Numbered from the whole stretch's first letter, positions 12,180 through 25,274 are shown. The stretch is 63,421 nucleotides of DNA, filler included, from Licmophora abbreviata (GCA_900291995.1; 11 parts of 11 records of this genome joined end to end with filler, not necessarily neighbours in it); one strand, 5' to 3'. Numbers and translations are program-made. Notes: a model not told the origin generated them from the sequence alone.

Positions 12180-12766
12180 ATGAAACTATCCTTTGCATAT
12201 CTTCATCTTCTCTTTATTGGCTCCTTTTGGATATCCTTGGCGTTTCAGACACCGATTCCGCTCCGAAAGAGCTCATGTCCAGGCCATCGTGATGTTGTAA
12301 CTGGACGATCAATTGAATTGTTCCTTGCGGGTATGCATAGAGCTTCCGTTGACTCGAGAAGCGAAAGGACTGCTTTGTATGTGTCACGTGATAGCGACAA
12401 TGACTCGGATCAAGAGAGTGACGTTGCTGTGACGAGAACGACTGAAATGATATCGTCCGATGACATCGTGTCAGAAACGCGCACGCCAGCTCCGCTCTTG
12501 ACGGACGAAGAAAAGGACGGATTGAACGTACCGCAAGGCTTCTCTACCACTCTGTAAGTAGATCAGATGAAAACGTTGACCGGTCGTGCTACGACTTTAA
12601 TGGTATTCAACTCACTTGCATTGGAGATCATGCTTTTAGACTCTTGTTGGGATATCTTCTATTCGTCATTCTCGATACCATCTTTCACTTTACGCCGCAG
12701 AATCAAACGTATGGCGAGGCTGCTTCAAGTTTCATAAGAGGCATGATGGGAGATGGATCAAATTAG
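12180..12766 (+). CDS. Hypothetical protein, probably plastid-targeted, with one C-terminal membrane helix
   Basis: Signal peptide ending SLA-F; intron 12554..12639 (GTAAGT..TAG) joins an in-frame exon LLLGYLLFVILDTIF...GSN*. Confidence 0.65.
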
Positions 12767-13881
12767 GAGCGTAGCGAGCGAGAGTGGGTGTATCGAGACG
12801 AGGGTCATGGTTCGCCGCAACGTTGTTGTGATGTAGCTAGCGAGCTACAGTAGGGTCTAGGCTACAAGCCCCCTCCAGACTCACTTCTTCTAAGGAGGGA
12901 TCGAAAAGCGCAGACGAACAATATGAAATACGGGTGACGGCGGTGCCGCCGAAGGCATGACATAGCAGACTGCCCTTCCTTGCTGTACCTTAGTTCTCAC
13001 AAGTAGGATAGGGGTAGGGATCATTGCGATACATGGAGATGATGAGAGAGGTCTAAAACTCAAAGCTCGTGCTTTCATTAGTTTTGATTGGTTCGTTGGA
13101 GCTCCGTATCTTTGTCGTAGGATCCTACGCGAGCATCCTGTTTTGCTGCTGAAGAATGGTCGCGTCGACATCAACTGACATTTTTGTAATTATGTCAAAC
13201 CGTGATGAGCCGTGGAAGTGACCCAATCGCGCGGCACCGCGCACAGGAGGCATTCTCATCATTTTCTTCACTTTTTTCTGTGGAGGTCCAAAGCAAGGTA
13301 TGACGCCTCCGCACGAGTCAATGGTTGTTGTTTTGAGCGCGCTCTTTTCTTCTTCGATTGTGTCATTGATGAAGCTTCGAATGAGTAAAGTTTCCTCTGG
13401 ATTCTGTGCTGCTTGGATGCGTTTTCGGCCAACTGCTTCGGTCGCTGCCGCGCTGTGATGGTTAGGCTGTCGAGCTCGACCTCGTGTGTTGTCTGTCTGT
13501 CGGTGGGTGAATCGTGCACTTTTTCTGAACCAGCTGGCTTTGTTGCAGTTGGTGGGAGTTTTGTTGACGTGGCCGTGGTCTTGTTGAAGTTCGATTGAAT
13601 CTGTGGCTGTGAGCTTGTCGGCGATCTTGCGTGTGCTTCTCTCCCCACCGAGTGTGATGGGTTTGATGAGTGGATCTTTGAAGTACCCGGCGCTGCTTCC
13701 TTCTCCGAAAATCGATTCGATTCATTCGTCAAGTGCTGGTCCACGTTAGCGTCGGTCTTGCTCACATAACTATTGCTTGCATTCACCGCTTTCACCACCC
13801 TGCACTAAAGGGCACCCCAGAAGCTTGATTTTGTGAATTCCGCCAGTCGACAGATTTTTGACGAGTAGTTTGAAACACATC

Positions 13882-16307
13882 ATGACACCCAGAAATCCAC
13901 GCAACAGAATACTTGTGGGGTGTTGCCTACTCGTAACCTTGCGCGTGGCTACACCGTTCTCATTGTCGGCGACGAGACCGACAGCAGCTCTTGTCAACCC
14001 TCTCGCACCGTCGACAAGCCGAAAACGTTCTCGACCGGGGGTCGTCGCTCGGCGCATGGTGGACGACGATTCCTCTGTGATTGACAATGACTTCCTGTCG
14101 ACGCCTCTTGTAGACAATCTTGTGGACGATTCACAGCTCTTTGAGGAGCTTGCGTCAGTCGCCGTCGAGCCTGTCCTGGGAGAATCGCAGGATGTGGCAA
14201 AAGATCTATTTGTGGCCGCACTGAGCGACGAGGGCGCCACTGAGTTCGTCGATGTCGACACCGGAAGTGTGACGGAGATTCCCGGTTCCAGCGTTGACCA
14301 GGATACCATGCTTGCGAGTGAAACTGTCAGCGCGATCCTCGCGGCGTCAGAGGAAGCGACCCTGGCTGCGGAGGCGACGCTCCCACGGGAAGTGTCTGAG
14401 AGTGTCCCTCTCATTCCAACGCAACACCCAGCCAACGATACTGTGGCATCGTTTGTCGAGCGGGACTTTGTACCAGAAGTGACTGTGCCGCTCATCGTCC
14501 CCTCATCTGAGGTGGTCGGAGAGCCAGCGACGGTCATTCCTGATAATATTGACGCGCCTGGCGTCAAGAAGATTCTCAAGTTTGCGATTCCGGCTATTGG
14601 CGTTTGGCTCTGCAGCCCGTTGCTCTCTTTGATTGATACGAGTGCTGTCGGGCTGTTGTCAGGAACGGCGCAACAGGCTGCCTTGAATCCCGCTGTGGCG
14701 GTGACAGACTACGCCGCTTTGCTCATCGTAAGTCATTCGGCGGAAGATGACTGCCTAGTCTTATTTGAACCTTAGTCTTGATCTCACCCACCATGATGTT
14801 ATGTGCGTATCTCTCGTCTCAGGCATTCATGTACACTGGTACCACCAACCTTGTTGCGGCAGCACAGGAGAAGGATCGCGGCGTCGAGGGCAAGCCTCGC
14901 ACAACCAAGAACTTGATTGCTGCACTTCAGCTCTCTGGCTTTGTCGGCGCCGGACTTGGTACAATATTGTTTGTCTTTGCCCGAAGTCTTCTTCGCGCCA
15001 TCATTGGAAACGATGCCATCAACCCAGAAGTCTTCACGGCGGCCCTGAAGTATGTTCGTATTCGCGCGCTTGGAATGCCAGCTGCGGCAATCATTGGCTC
15101 GTCACAGGCCGCCTGTTTAGGAATGCAAGATATCAAGAGCCCGCTTTACGTTCTTGCAGCAGCTGCCATTGTCAACTTGTTCGGCGACCTAATCTTTGTC
15201 GGCCAGTCGCACCCGTGGATTGGCGGAACTGCCGGCGCTGCATGGGCGACTGTGTTTTCACAATTTTCCGCGGTTGCACTTTTCGTCCACTGGCTTTGTA
15301 ACAAACCCAAGCCAAGTCCGAAACCCAGGGTGGTCAACTTGACTGATTCTATCAACGAGCTCATGGGAAAGCCTACCAGCAAGGGTCAGTCGCGTCGTCA
15401 GAAGTTCCGACAGGACTTGCGCTCGCTTGGCAAGTCCCGAATCAGCGTTAGCGGTTCTCTCTCCCGCAAGATATCTTCTTTGACGAATCGCATTTCATCA
15501 TCCAAGAACGAAAATCAGACCAACGACTCGCCCAAGAAGGAGGAGTCTTTCTCCACACGAGGATTCCTCGAGGGCAAGTTCCAAGGACGGGACTTTTTCA
15601 AGTTGCCGTCGAAGGATATGGTGTCTGACTTTTCGCCCTACGTTTTACCCGTGACGAGTACGCAGGTCGGAAGAGTGTCTGGCTACGTCGCCATGTCACA
15701 CGTCGTGTCGAGTTCGCTCGGCACAGTCAGCATGGCCGCTCAACAGGTGATCGTCTCTCTATTTTACTGCCTGTGCCCCATTGCCGACTCTTTGAGTTTA
15801 ACCGCACAGAGCTTTTTGCCATCGATTACGGAGAAGCGCGTCAGCAGGGCTCGGGCCAGTGCATTGCGGCGAACTATCGGAAACTTTTATAAGGCTGGAG
15901 GTGTATTTGGCGCTGCTATGATGGGAGCTGTGTTGGCAATTCCGATACTGTCTGGTTTCTTCACTTCGGATCCCGCCGTGATTGCGCTCGTTAACAGCGC
16001 CGCGCCGCTTTTGCTGGTGTTCTTTGCGGTGCATGGTGTTATGTGTGCTAGCGAAGGCGCGCTGCTCGGTCAGAAGGATCTTGGATTTTTGGGCAAGGCG
16101 TACGCCGCGTACTTTCTTGCAGTGCCGGCTTTGATGCTGCGTGTCAAGAGAGCTGCTCTGTCCGGAGGCAACGTTGGCTTGAAGTCTGTGTGGGAAGTGT
16201 TTTTAGGTTATCAGCTTTTCCGCACAGTCGTCTGGGCTTTGCGAACGACGCAGCTTCAGAGACGGACAGATCGCGATGTGGCGATCGCCGAAGCGTCAGA
16301 GATATAG
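13882..16307 (+). CDS. MATE family transporter (copy 1)
   Basis: KFAIPAIGVWLCSPLLSLIDTSAVG and YVRIRALGMPAA motifs, many hydrophobic segments; intron 14728..14822. Confidence 0.92.
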
Positions 16308-16685
16308 AACGCTGTGTTTATATAGCTTAGAATTGTTCCAGCAACAAGTCAGTCTTTATGGATTGTAGAGGATTCTCTGAGATTTGCCAAGAAGCAGAGG
16401 CGACATCTTTTTTCTTTTTGGCGGGTCTGCACAGCGTACGGCGAGTGACGTTTCGAATGCCGTGAGTTCTTTGCGCGAGCGAAAATTCCAAAATTCCATC
16501 ACACAGTCGACTCGAAGTCGAAACGACGCCATGCACATTGTCACCGGAATGCAGAAACGACAGGCGGAAGGAAAGCATCGTGCTCCGTAGTACGCTCATT
16601 GTAGAGTTTGCAAGACGCTGTAAGGCTAAGAGAGCGAGATACAAAGAGCCAGAGTTTAAGCATCAAGAAATAGACGAGACGAGCC

Positions 16686-18852
16686 ATGCCAAACAAAGCC
16701 ATTCTGATTCTCGCGGCATCATGCTTTCTGACCGTGCTCAGTCCATCGACGTGCTTTGCACCCAGAATAAGAGGATCCAATGTAGAAATTAAGTACCTCT
16801 CGATTCGCCCGGCAATTGGACGAGCGCGACTGGTACGACTTATGACGGATTTCTCAATGGGTGCAACCTCAACCGGAGAAACTGCACAGGAGGACGACGG
16901 CGACTCGATTCGGAAAGAGATCACTTCGCGAGACATGGTCACTGGCATTACCACCCATCTTTCTGAAGAGTCCACTATATCAACTGAAATCGCAATGGAC
17001 GTACTCGCTCATCAGCAACATGCACACGACGAACCAAGTACAATGCTCACTGACCCTGTGGAAGCCACGAACGCCAACACCACGGAAAACACCACCACCG
17101 CAGCTGCCGTCGACACCATCGAGGCGCCAAGTGTAACCAAGATTCTCAAGTTCGCCATTCCGGCGATTGGAGTGTGGCTCTGCAGCCCACTACTTTCCCT
17201 CATTGATACCAGTGCCGTCGGGTTGCTGTCGGGCACCGCGCAGCAAGCCGCGTTGAACCCAGCCGTCGCGGTCACGGAGTACACCGCGCTTCTCATTGTA
17301 CGCGTGCTCATTGTAACTCTGACTACGATTTCTCCCATTACTAGTTTTGTGGCTCTCACACTTACTTGTTTCGCGTGCTGCTAATCTGCATCAGGCGTTC
17401 ATGTACACCGGGACGACCAATCTAGTGGCGGCGGCACAGGAAGACGATAGCGGTGACGAGAACAAGCCTCGAACGAGTCAAAATTTCATATCGGCTCTGC
17501 AGCTGTCGGGGTTTGTCGGAGCGGCGCTTGGAGCAATCCTGTTAGTGTTCTCAGTACCCATTCTTCGCACAATCATTGGCAACGACGCGATTGATCCAGA
17601 GGTATTCTCGGCGGCACTTCGGTATGTACGAATACGTGCACTGGGGATGCCAGCAGCAGCCATCATCGGTTCTGCACAGGCGGCCTGTCTAGGGATGCAA
17701 GACATCAAAAGTCCACTCTATGTACTCTTGGCGGCAGCCGTGGTGAACTTTATTGGCGACGTAAGCTTTGTGGGTCGGGCGCATCCTTGGATTGGAGGTG
17801 CCGCTGGCGCTGCGTGGGCAACCGCCTTTTCTCAGTATGCCGCAGTCGTTTTCTTTGTGCATTGGCTCTGTCATCGACCTGTTTCCAGTAATGTTAAAGG
17901 AAGACTCGGGTTTTTGTCAAGGCGATTGGACATGCAAAAGAAGAAGACTTCTACAGCGAACGAGGGGCACTACTCAACACGGGGATTCCTGGAAGGAAAG
18001 TTCCGCGGTCGATACTTTTTCCGCCTTCCCTCTCGAGATATGATATCAAATTTCACGCCGTATGTGGTCCCGGTGACGAGTACACAGGTCGGTCGGGTAT
18101 CGAGCTATATCTCGATGAGTCACGTGATTTCGAGTTCGCTTGGAACGACAAATATGGCGGCTCAGCAAGTCATTATATGTACGTATGGACTGCGAATGAG
18201 GTATTTGTCAAGCATCATGTCTCGGGATTTCTCTCATGTTACCGAGTCTCTCCGCTCTGTAGCATTATGGAACTGCCTGTACCCGGTTGGAGAATCGTTG
18301 AGTCTTACTGCGCAGAGTTTCGTTCCATCGCTTTATGCGAAGCATCCCAGCCCAAGCCGCTGCGCGGCACTTCGGCAGACCCTTCTCAACTTCTGGAAAG
18401 CCGGGCTTGTCTTTGGAGCGGGCTTGTTCGGAGCCGTCATGTGCATTCCTGTGCTCAATCCATTCTTTACATCTGATCCTGCTGTCATATCAGTGGTAAA
18501 CACTATTGTACCGCTATTACTAGTGATTTTCTCGACACTCGGCATTTTCACCTCGAGCGAAGGAATGCTCTTGGGGCAGCGGGATCTGGGCTTTCTTGGG
18601 AAGAGCTACGCCAGTTTTTTCTTCATCGTACCGTACTTGATGCTGCGAGTAAAAAAAGCGGCAAAATCTGGTGCCAATGTGAATCTGAGATCGCTGTGGA
18701 CCGTTTTCACGGCATATCAAATCTTTCGGACGGCAATGTGGATTTGTCGAGCCGCTTTGCTCCAGAACAGAACACGACGAGAGACCCAGGAAACGCTGAG
18801 AGAGCCAACAGATATAACTGAAGACGGTAGTCAGCGACACCGGTACAATTGA
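16686..18852 (+). CDS. MATE family transporter (copy 2, tandem paralog), probable plastid presequence
   Basis: Same core motifs as copy 1; signal peptide ending STC-F; introns 17298..17394 and 18179..18262. Confidence 0.92.
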
Positions 18853-18981
18853 AACAGCGAAACAAACGTGGTGGCACTGCAGAGACACTTCGGCAACGTT
18901 AATAATCACAATCTACATCGTGTACATTCTCTTGTGTCATTTGTATCGACCTTTTCACTAACTTGGCGACTGCATGAAGCG

Positions 18982-20972
18982 TCACTGCTCAAAGAAGCGG
19001 TCCCAGACCCAAAGGTTTGTCAACCACTTTTCGCCCTCCTGGACCGGATTTGCAGCGTGTTGCGACAAGTCGTCGCTGTTTCCGTCCGGGAGTTGATCAT
19101 AGAACAGGATAGCCTACAGAACGCAAAGATGCAGTTGTTAGGCAACGAGAAATCATGATTCAGCCTCTCTAGAGTAGCATCATGGTGTAGCTGACGAACT
19201 TGGTTTTTGAACTCACTTTTCCGACTTGCGGTACGGTATTCAACCCGCTCGACGTGTCCGCATTCACCCATCGTGGGAAGGACGTCGTACCTCCGACCAT
19301 TCCTTCATTCAAATAGAATAACAGGGTCGAGAATCTTTCATTCTGGTGTGGCGACTCGACATAGGCGTAACCAAAATCGTGGTGCTCGTTGTAGGATTGG
19401 TTCGGTGCGTAGTGCACTAACTGAAGTGACTCTGCAGCCGATACACTTGGATCATGGTCTGGATACTCGTCCGCATCTCGCATGCGGAAGAGAGCTTCGT
19501 CAATACGGAGCAAATCAGCCGCACGGCGGTATACCGAATCGATAATGGGACTCTTCTCACGTGAAAACCACGAGTTGAAGGATGAGCGCACGTCAAGCTC
19601 ATCCACTGTTCCGACGCTGGAAAGAGACAAGTCCTCACCCTGTGCCAACTGCAAAATGTGTTGCACTTCAACAGGCGAGAGAAAGTTCTGGATCTCGAGT
19701 ACCCTCGGTGCCACCGAAAGAATCTTTAGGGTTAAATTGAGAATGGGGTCGTTTATTCGATACTGCTGCAACAGTCGAGGATCATCGTCTGATAGCACTC
19801 GTCTCTTCCCTCTCGCCGTGATGGGTTTCAGTTCCTCTGCCGGCGGAGACTCGATAATGTGTGTTTCCCTCGTCGTCACCCAGTGCTCTTGCCCGAAATA
19901 CTGTGACAAAGGGCAGAAATGCGGAGGCAGAGAGTGTCAGTTGAAAACTCGTCGTCAAACTGATGGAATTCTTGGTTGACACTACAAAAGGCCGTCTACG
20001 TTTCACTCACCTCAGCAGGCCACATAAAATGAGACGGAGGCGAGCGAGGAAAGTTGACAAGGTACGAGCGCCCCGTAAAATTCAGATAGTGCTCGTTGAA
20101 GAGAACGGTACGCCGCAGTATGTTGTACATGTCTCGTTCCGTGTCAGTCAGTACGGATAAATTCTTATCGGTCGCGTCCTGATCGCCTTGTACAAAGTAG
20201 GGGTCGTAGTGATGGACCGAGTGCGGCGCGTGGGCAATCTCGAAGCGAATCAGGGGTGTCGCTGGGTCCGATACGTCGGCAAAGAAGAATTGGTGGCCGG
20301 GATGGACAGCAGTCCCCTCGTTGTGAAATGGCGCTGCGTCAAACATGGCAATAGCATCGGAACCATCGAGGGGATCCCAAAAGAGCGTGACATGGCGATT
20401 CGACATGTTGATGAACTTTCCAGCCAATCCTGGAAAGTCTGGTTGCTGTGCTGTAGGAGAAGGAGGATCTCGATCCTTGTAGAAGGTCGTCACATCTGTA
20501 TGTAGAATTGGGGAGGCGTCAATACAAGCGTGATGCCGTTATACTAGCATATGAGCGGCGGCCTTTACACATGGGCGTGTTTGGAACGAATCGAACCATC
20601 AAGAGGGAGTCGACTCGACTCACCTGGTTGGACATACGCCATGAACGTTTCCTGTCCATTTCCGATGTCAAACTTCATTTCGCGGAGGTTCGGATCGAGA
20701 CTGTTGTCTCTGTACGGAACAGAATACTGAGGAGTCTTCTGCTGCTGATGCTGTGATGACACAGTCTGCTGGTTCGCACCGCTCTCGCTAGCACCAGGAC
20801 TACACGTCCCAGTTTTGACGTCAGTTTCGGCACACTGCAGCGGCTCGGCCGAGCTCTTATTGACCGACACATTCCTATCGGTGTATACTGATGTGCTGGA
20901 AGCAAATAGGAGCCAAAGGAGGCCCGAGAGCAGTAGAAACGAGCAGCTGCGAGGCCTCGATGTCATGGTCAT
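18982..20972 (-). CDS. Prolyl 4-hydroxylase alpha-like 2OG-Fe(II) dioxygenase with signal peptide
   Basis: Motifs PRVLEIQNFLS, ESLQLVHY, HHDF, LLFYLN, GGTTSFP, HAANPV..GEKW; introns 20496..20623, 19901..20010, 19114..19216. Confidence 0.88.
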
Positions 20973-21202
20973 CGTCCCAAGTCTCAGAATGACATTCTAC
21001 TCCAAACTAATTGCAGTTGTGAGTCGAGTGAGTCATAAAGTTTAGTCGATGGAGTCAAAACTTGCATCCAAGATCGCCTCACTTTTATGAAGTCTGCAAA
21101 GTCGTATCTCAGTTTCAAACTTCGTACTTCGCGACGACCTCACATTTTGCTGTCGCCTTTCGACTGTCTGCGGCTTCAACGCAAACTAAGACCTTTACGC
21201 AA

Positions 21203-21238
21203 TTGATATTTGACTTGATATTTGACTTGATTTTTGAC
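21203..21238 (+). repeat. 3 x 12-bp tandem repeat TTGAT(A/T)TTTGAC in a divergent intergenic region
   Basis: Read directly: ttgatatttgac ttgatatttgac ttgatttttgac. Confidence 0.9.
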
Positions 21239-21267
21239 TTGTTTGCTTGCTTCATTCGTTCCATTCC

Positions 21268-21792
21268 ATGTCCCAGTATGACGGTGAGAGTGGCAGCATA
21301 CTACGCTCTCAAGTGGTGATCGTCGGCGCTGGCGCTTGTGGTCTGCAATGTGCGCACAGTCTACTGCTTGAAGAAGAACAAGACACAGGCAATGGTATCG
21401 AACAAGTCCTCATCCTGGAGGCTCGCGACCGCACTGGAGGGAGAATACACAGTGTCAAGTCAGAAGCGAGGAAACAATCCGGTGAACTTTCGCAGTTCAA
21501 TGTCGACCATGGAGCTGCATGGGTTCATGGGACGGGATATGATTGGCCCGGTGACGATATTGATTTCGCAGTTCAACATTCTCAATCGCCCGAGAACGCC
21601 ATTCCCGAGCCGAACCCAATGATGGAATTATTGGTCAATGCTGTCGGGGATGAAGCACTCATGTACGCGAAACACCTGATACCATCATGTCCACGAGGGA
21701 ATCCTTGGATACGACCGAAGCATGTCCTTCACGAGGTAGACGAAATCGTACTGTACGTCGGTGGACAACGACTCGACCCAGCTGACCCTCTC
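21268..21792 (+). CDS. Flavin-containing amine oxidase family protein (N-terminal part, truncated by linker)
   Basis: FAD-binding VVIVGAGACGL, LEARDRTGGRI, DHGAAWVHG. Confidence 0.88.
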
Positions 21793-21892
21793 NNNNNNNN
21801 NNNNNNNNNNNNNNNNNNNNNNNNNNNNNNNNNNNNTTAATTAATTAANNNNNNNNNNNNNNNNNNNNNNNNNNNNNNNNNNNNNNNNNNNN

Positions 21893-23368
21893 GCGCTTTC
21901 GATTCTGGTCGATCCAGGTGCAAATCTGACGAAAGACACGTTGACGACGCTGTGCCTTTTCGTCCTGCAAGCGCTTCAACTTGTCCGAGGCGAGCTTGAC
22001 CTCGTCGCGCGCCTCTGTGGCTTGGTTTTGTAGATCGCGAGTGGCTTTCTTGGCTTTTTCCATGGCGGGACGATGGCGTTGAAGCTCATCGCTCGCTTGC
22101 TTGGTAGCGGTGGAAAGTTCTTCCTGGGAAGGATGGTCAGCGATCGCCGTTTCGATATCCTTCAGCTTTTCTTGCTGACGCTCGACATCACGCACGGCCT
22201 TGTTCTGCTCTGCCTCGAACGAGTTCATTTGCGCCTGCAACTCCTCCAATTCATCCGCGTGTTTTTCGTGCTTCTGCTTTTGTTTCTGAATATCCTTCTT
22301 TCCCTTGGTAAGAGCCGAGTCGAGCGTCTTGTACTTGGCCTGCGCCCGTTCCGCCTTGGTCCTTAGTTCCGCAAATGCCTCTTCCAGTGGCTGCAGCTTG
22401 GCTTGGGCGTCACGCAGCTGGTTCTTCTTCTCGTCGCGCGTAGCCTTGAAGCCGACTGCCTTGTTGCGGGCATCGTCGTACTTGAGCCAAACATATTTTT
22501 TCTCCAAGAGTTCGACCTGTTCAATGGCCAGTTCTCGCTGTTCCATGCGTTGCTTTTCTCGCTCAAGCCGCTCGTTTTCCGCTTCGAGCTTCTTCAATCG
22601 ATCCTGAATCGTTTCGAGCGAAGCGCCGCCCTTGAGTAAGTCTTCCTCCATTTGGATCAATTTCTGATGTGTGTCGTACAAGTGCTTGTTGCCCGACATG
22701 CTCTTTTCCGTTTCACAGAGAAGATCTTGAGCATTGAAGCCACTAAAGTTTCCTACCCGATCTTGTGGAAGAAATGTACAGAGATTGTCGACGGAAATGT
22801 GATAGGTGTCTTGGACCAGCTCCTTGATCTTCTTGGCGGATACCTTTTCGCCATTGATGTAAAAGCTCGAAGTGCCAGTGGAGCGAGACTTGGCGTTGGC
22901 AGTATGCTTGTGTTCAATGACACGACGAAGAGTGTGTACTGGTTGATTGGGAAGGGGAGTCAGCTCGAGTTCAACGACAGCCCGGTCCTTCTCGTGCATG
23001 ATGAATGTGGCAATGTCATCCGCACGGCCGAGAAGCCTGGGCTCTCCGCCGAGTCCGAGGCAGATGGCGCAGAGAATTGTGGATTTTCCCGTTCCATTGG
23101 GACCGATCACCATGTTGAGCCTGGAGTAACGAGGAAGAGGGAAAAGAACGTAAGTGCACGGAGCAGACATGGCATTTCCGGTATAAAGTAGTACAGGCAG
23201 TCGCAATAACGACTACTTTCATCGCATCTATTTTCGCATTCGTTTCGTTACGTACCGCGGTCCAGGCTCTACGACGACATCACTATACGTGACAAAGTTG
23301 TGCATCTTGATGCGACGCAACGACCCTGGCTTGTACGCGCCGATCTTCTTCTCTAAAGACGACGCCAT
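21893..23368 (-). CDS. SMC5: Structural maintenance of chromosomes protein 5 (N-terminal part, truncated by linker)
   Basis: Exon 1 GSLRRIKMHNFVTY..PGPR; intron 23121..23255; LNMVIGPNGTGKSTILCAICLGLGG; NLCTFLPQDRV; coiled coil. Confidence 0.93.
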
Positions 23369-23396
23369 CGTGGATGCAGCACTCTTTAGAATCGGT

Positions 23397-23411
23397 GCGC
23401 CAAATTTGGAA
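23397..23411 (-). promoter_or_regulatory. Putative E2F site (TTTGGCGC) with adjacent CHR-like element upstream of SMC5
   Basis: GCGCCAAATTTGGAA on the + strand; identical 15-mer at 26712..26726. Confidence 0.45.
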
Positions 23412-23662
23412 GTTGTGAAGTGAAAAGTAAGTTCGGAAGGTTTTGGATAAATCTGGCTGGTTTTGCATTCTACTCAAATTCTGATCATTTTTTTCTATTT
23501 TTCTAATCGACGAGCTATTTGCGCCGGTATCTTTGAGAGGACCTCAAACACACGGACTCTCTTTCAATAACACCAAATCACCGCAATTTCACTGTAACAC
23601 GATGAGACGAGTCGGCATCACAAGGTATTCATCGTAGGGCCTTTTCACTTTATGCAAGCATC

Positions 23663-25274
23663 ATGACGCCGGAATCCAACAACAGCTCATCAAACTCCAA
23701 TAAAGTCAAGATTGTCGTGGGACACACATGTCGGAGGATTGGAGGGGACCAAAAAACGTCGAAAAACGCCACAAACAAAGGGCGCCGCGGCAATAGGTCG
23801 TCGAGATCGTCACCCCGACATGCGTGGACGGTGTATCTCGATGTTCTTGACGGAAATCGCGATCTCATTTCGCAAGTTCAATTTAATAGTGATTTGTTCA
23901 TGTGCAATGGCACTGTCACCAGTCAGTGCTACCAACGCCGTCTTAGAAGTAACACTGATGGCACGTACAAGACCGCCTGGCGCTTTCAGACGTCTGAACA
24001 AGTCAGCTCGAAAACAGGCGGCACTGTGACAATTCGCTACACTGGACGTGGAGGAACCGTGCGATCATTGACTCACACGCTTAGACTTCAGGAGGGAGAA
24101 TCCAAGGGCGCTCCTGTTGTCTTTGTAGAGCCACGACCGCTACTGCCTCTGAAGTTTGTCAAGATGGCAGACATCGATTTCGGTATCGAGCTAGAACTAT
24201 CCTGTGCCAAGGGGACTCCTCAAGAAGCCATCGCGACTCTCTTGCAGAAACACACAGGGGTATCTGTGTATCCAAGACATCCTCGGCAGTACTACGGCGA
24301 TCGGATGGATGGATGGAAGCTTGTTTCCGACGGAAGTATTGTCTGCAGTCGGCACTCGCCAGAGTGCAGTCGATTCGAGTTGGTCTCCCGTGTCTTAAGA
24401 GGGGGAGTAGGACTCAACGAGTGCAACAACATACTCAACGCCTTGAGTATATTGGACTCCATTAGTGTCAACAAGAGTATGGGATTCCACGTCCACGTTA
24501 GCGTCGAGACTCTATCGGTCCAACAGCTTGTACAGGTGCGGTTGGTTTGACGAAGCGAATGGCACACTCGTCGTGCCTCCATACATAGTCTACCGGTATG
24601 ACTTCAGACTTCATGTGACAACTCATGGGACTTATCTCTTTTTTCAATTATAGGTGTGTCAGAATTTCGTCAAGTACGACGACGTCATTGATACCTTCAT
24701 GCCGCCGTCTCGTCGTACCGGAAGCGACGAAAGCAAGCGGTACTTCAAGAGCAACAAGCGGGCTGTCATGGGTCAAACAGAAGGAACCAACGCAAAGCGG
24801 CACAAGAAGATTGGCGCATGTAAGAGTATACTGGAACTGTGCGATCTAATGAATCCAAATGACGATCGCTACTACAAGTTGAATCTGATGAATCTCAAAG
24901 TGGGAAAGCAGCCCACTCTGGAGTTTCGACAGCACTCGGCCACAAGCGACTACTCAAAGGTTGCCGCTTGGGTTCGATTCTGCGTGACGCTAGTTTACAA
25001 CTCAGCAAATGAAGCCAAAACAGCGCCTTGGACAGGCAAAGGGAACGACAAATTTGACGATTTGTTTGAACGGCTCATCCGAGATCGAGCTCTACGCGAC
25101 TTCTTCGCCAAACGACGCGAAGAGCTGCGTCGCGAGAAAGTGACCCCTTGTTGTAGGCATTGTGGCCATGGCATGGCACGTGAGCAGCAACGAGATGTAT
25201 CAGCAGCTGGTGGAGTTCCAGTGCATCGAAGGACTCAAGCAAATAGTCCGGCCCGCAAGCGAAACCGTCGGTAA
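23663..25274 (+). CDS. YEATS-like domain fused to a putative amidoligase (COOH-NH2 ligase, Amidoligase_2-like)
   Basis: N-terminal KIVVGHT..HAWTVYL..ISQVQF; then FGIELE, WKLVSDGSI, FELVS, GFHVHV, RYYKLNL, TLEFRQH; intron 24536..24653. Confidence 0.8.

Noticed and set aside
13010..13180. U3 or C/D snoRNA (agggatcatt, gatgatga, ctga)
   Set aside because: Box spacing is wrong, with no box B and no terminal stem.
13268..13798. 176-aa low-complexity minus-strand ORF
   Set aside because: Non-ATG start, no recognisable domain or supported splice structure; coding status cannot be supported.
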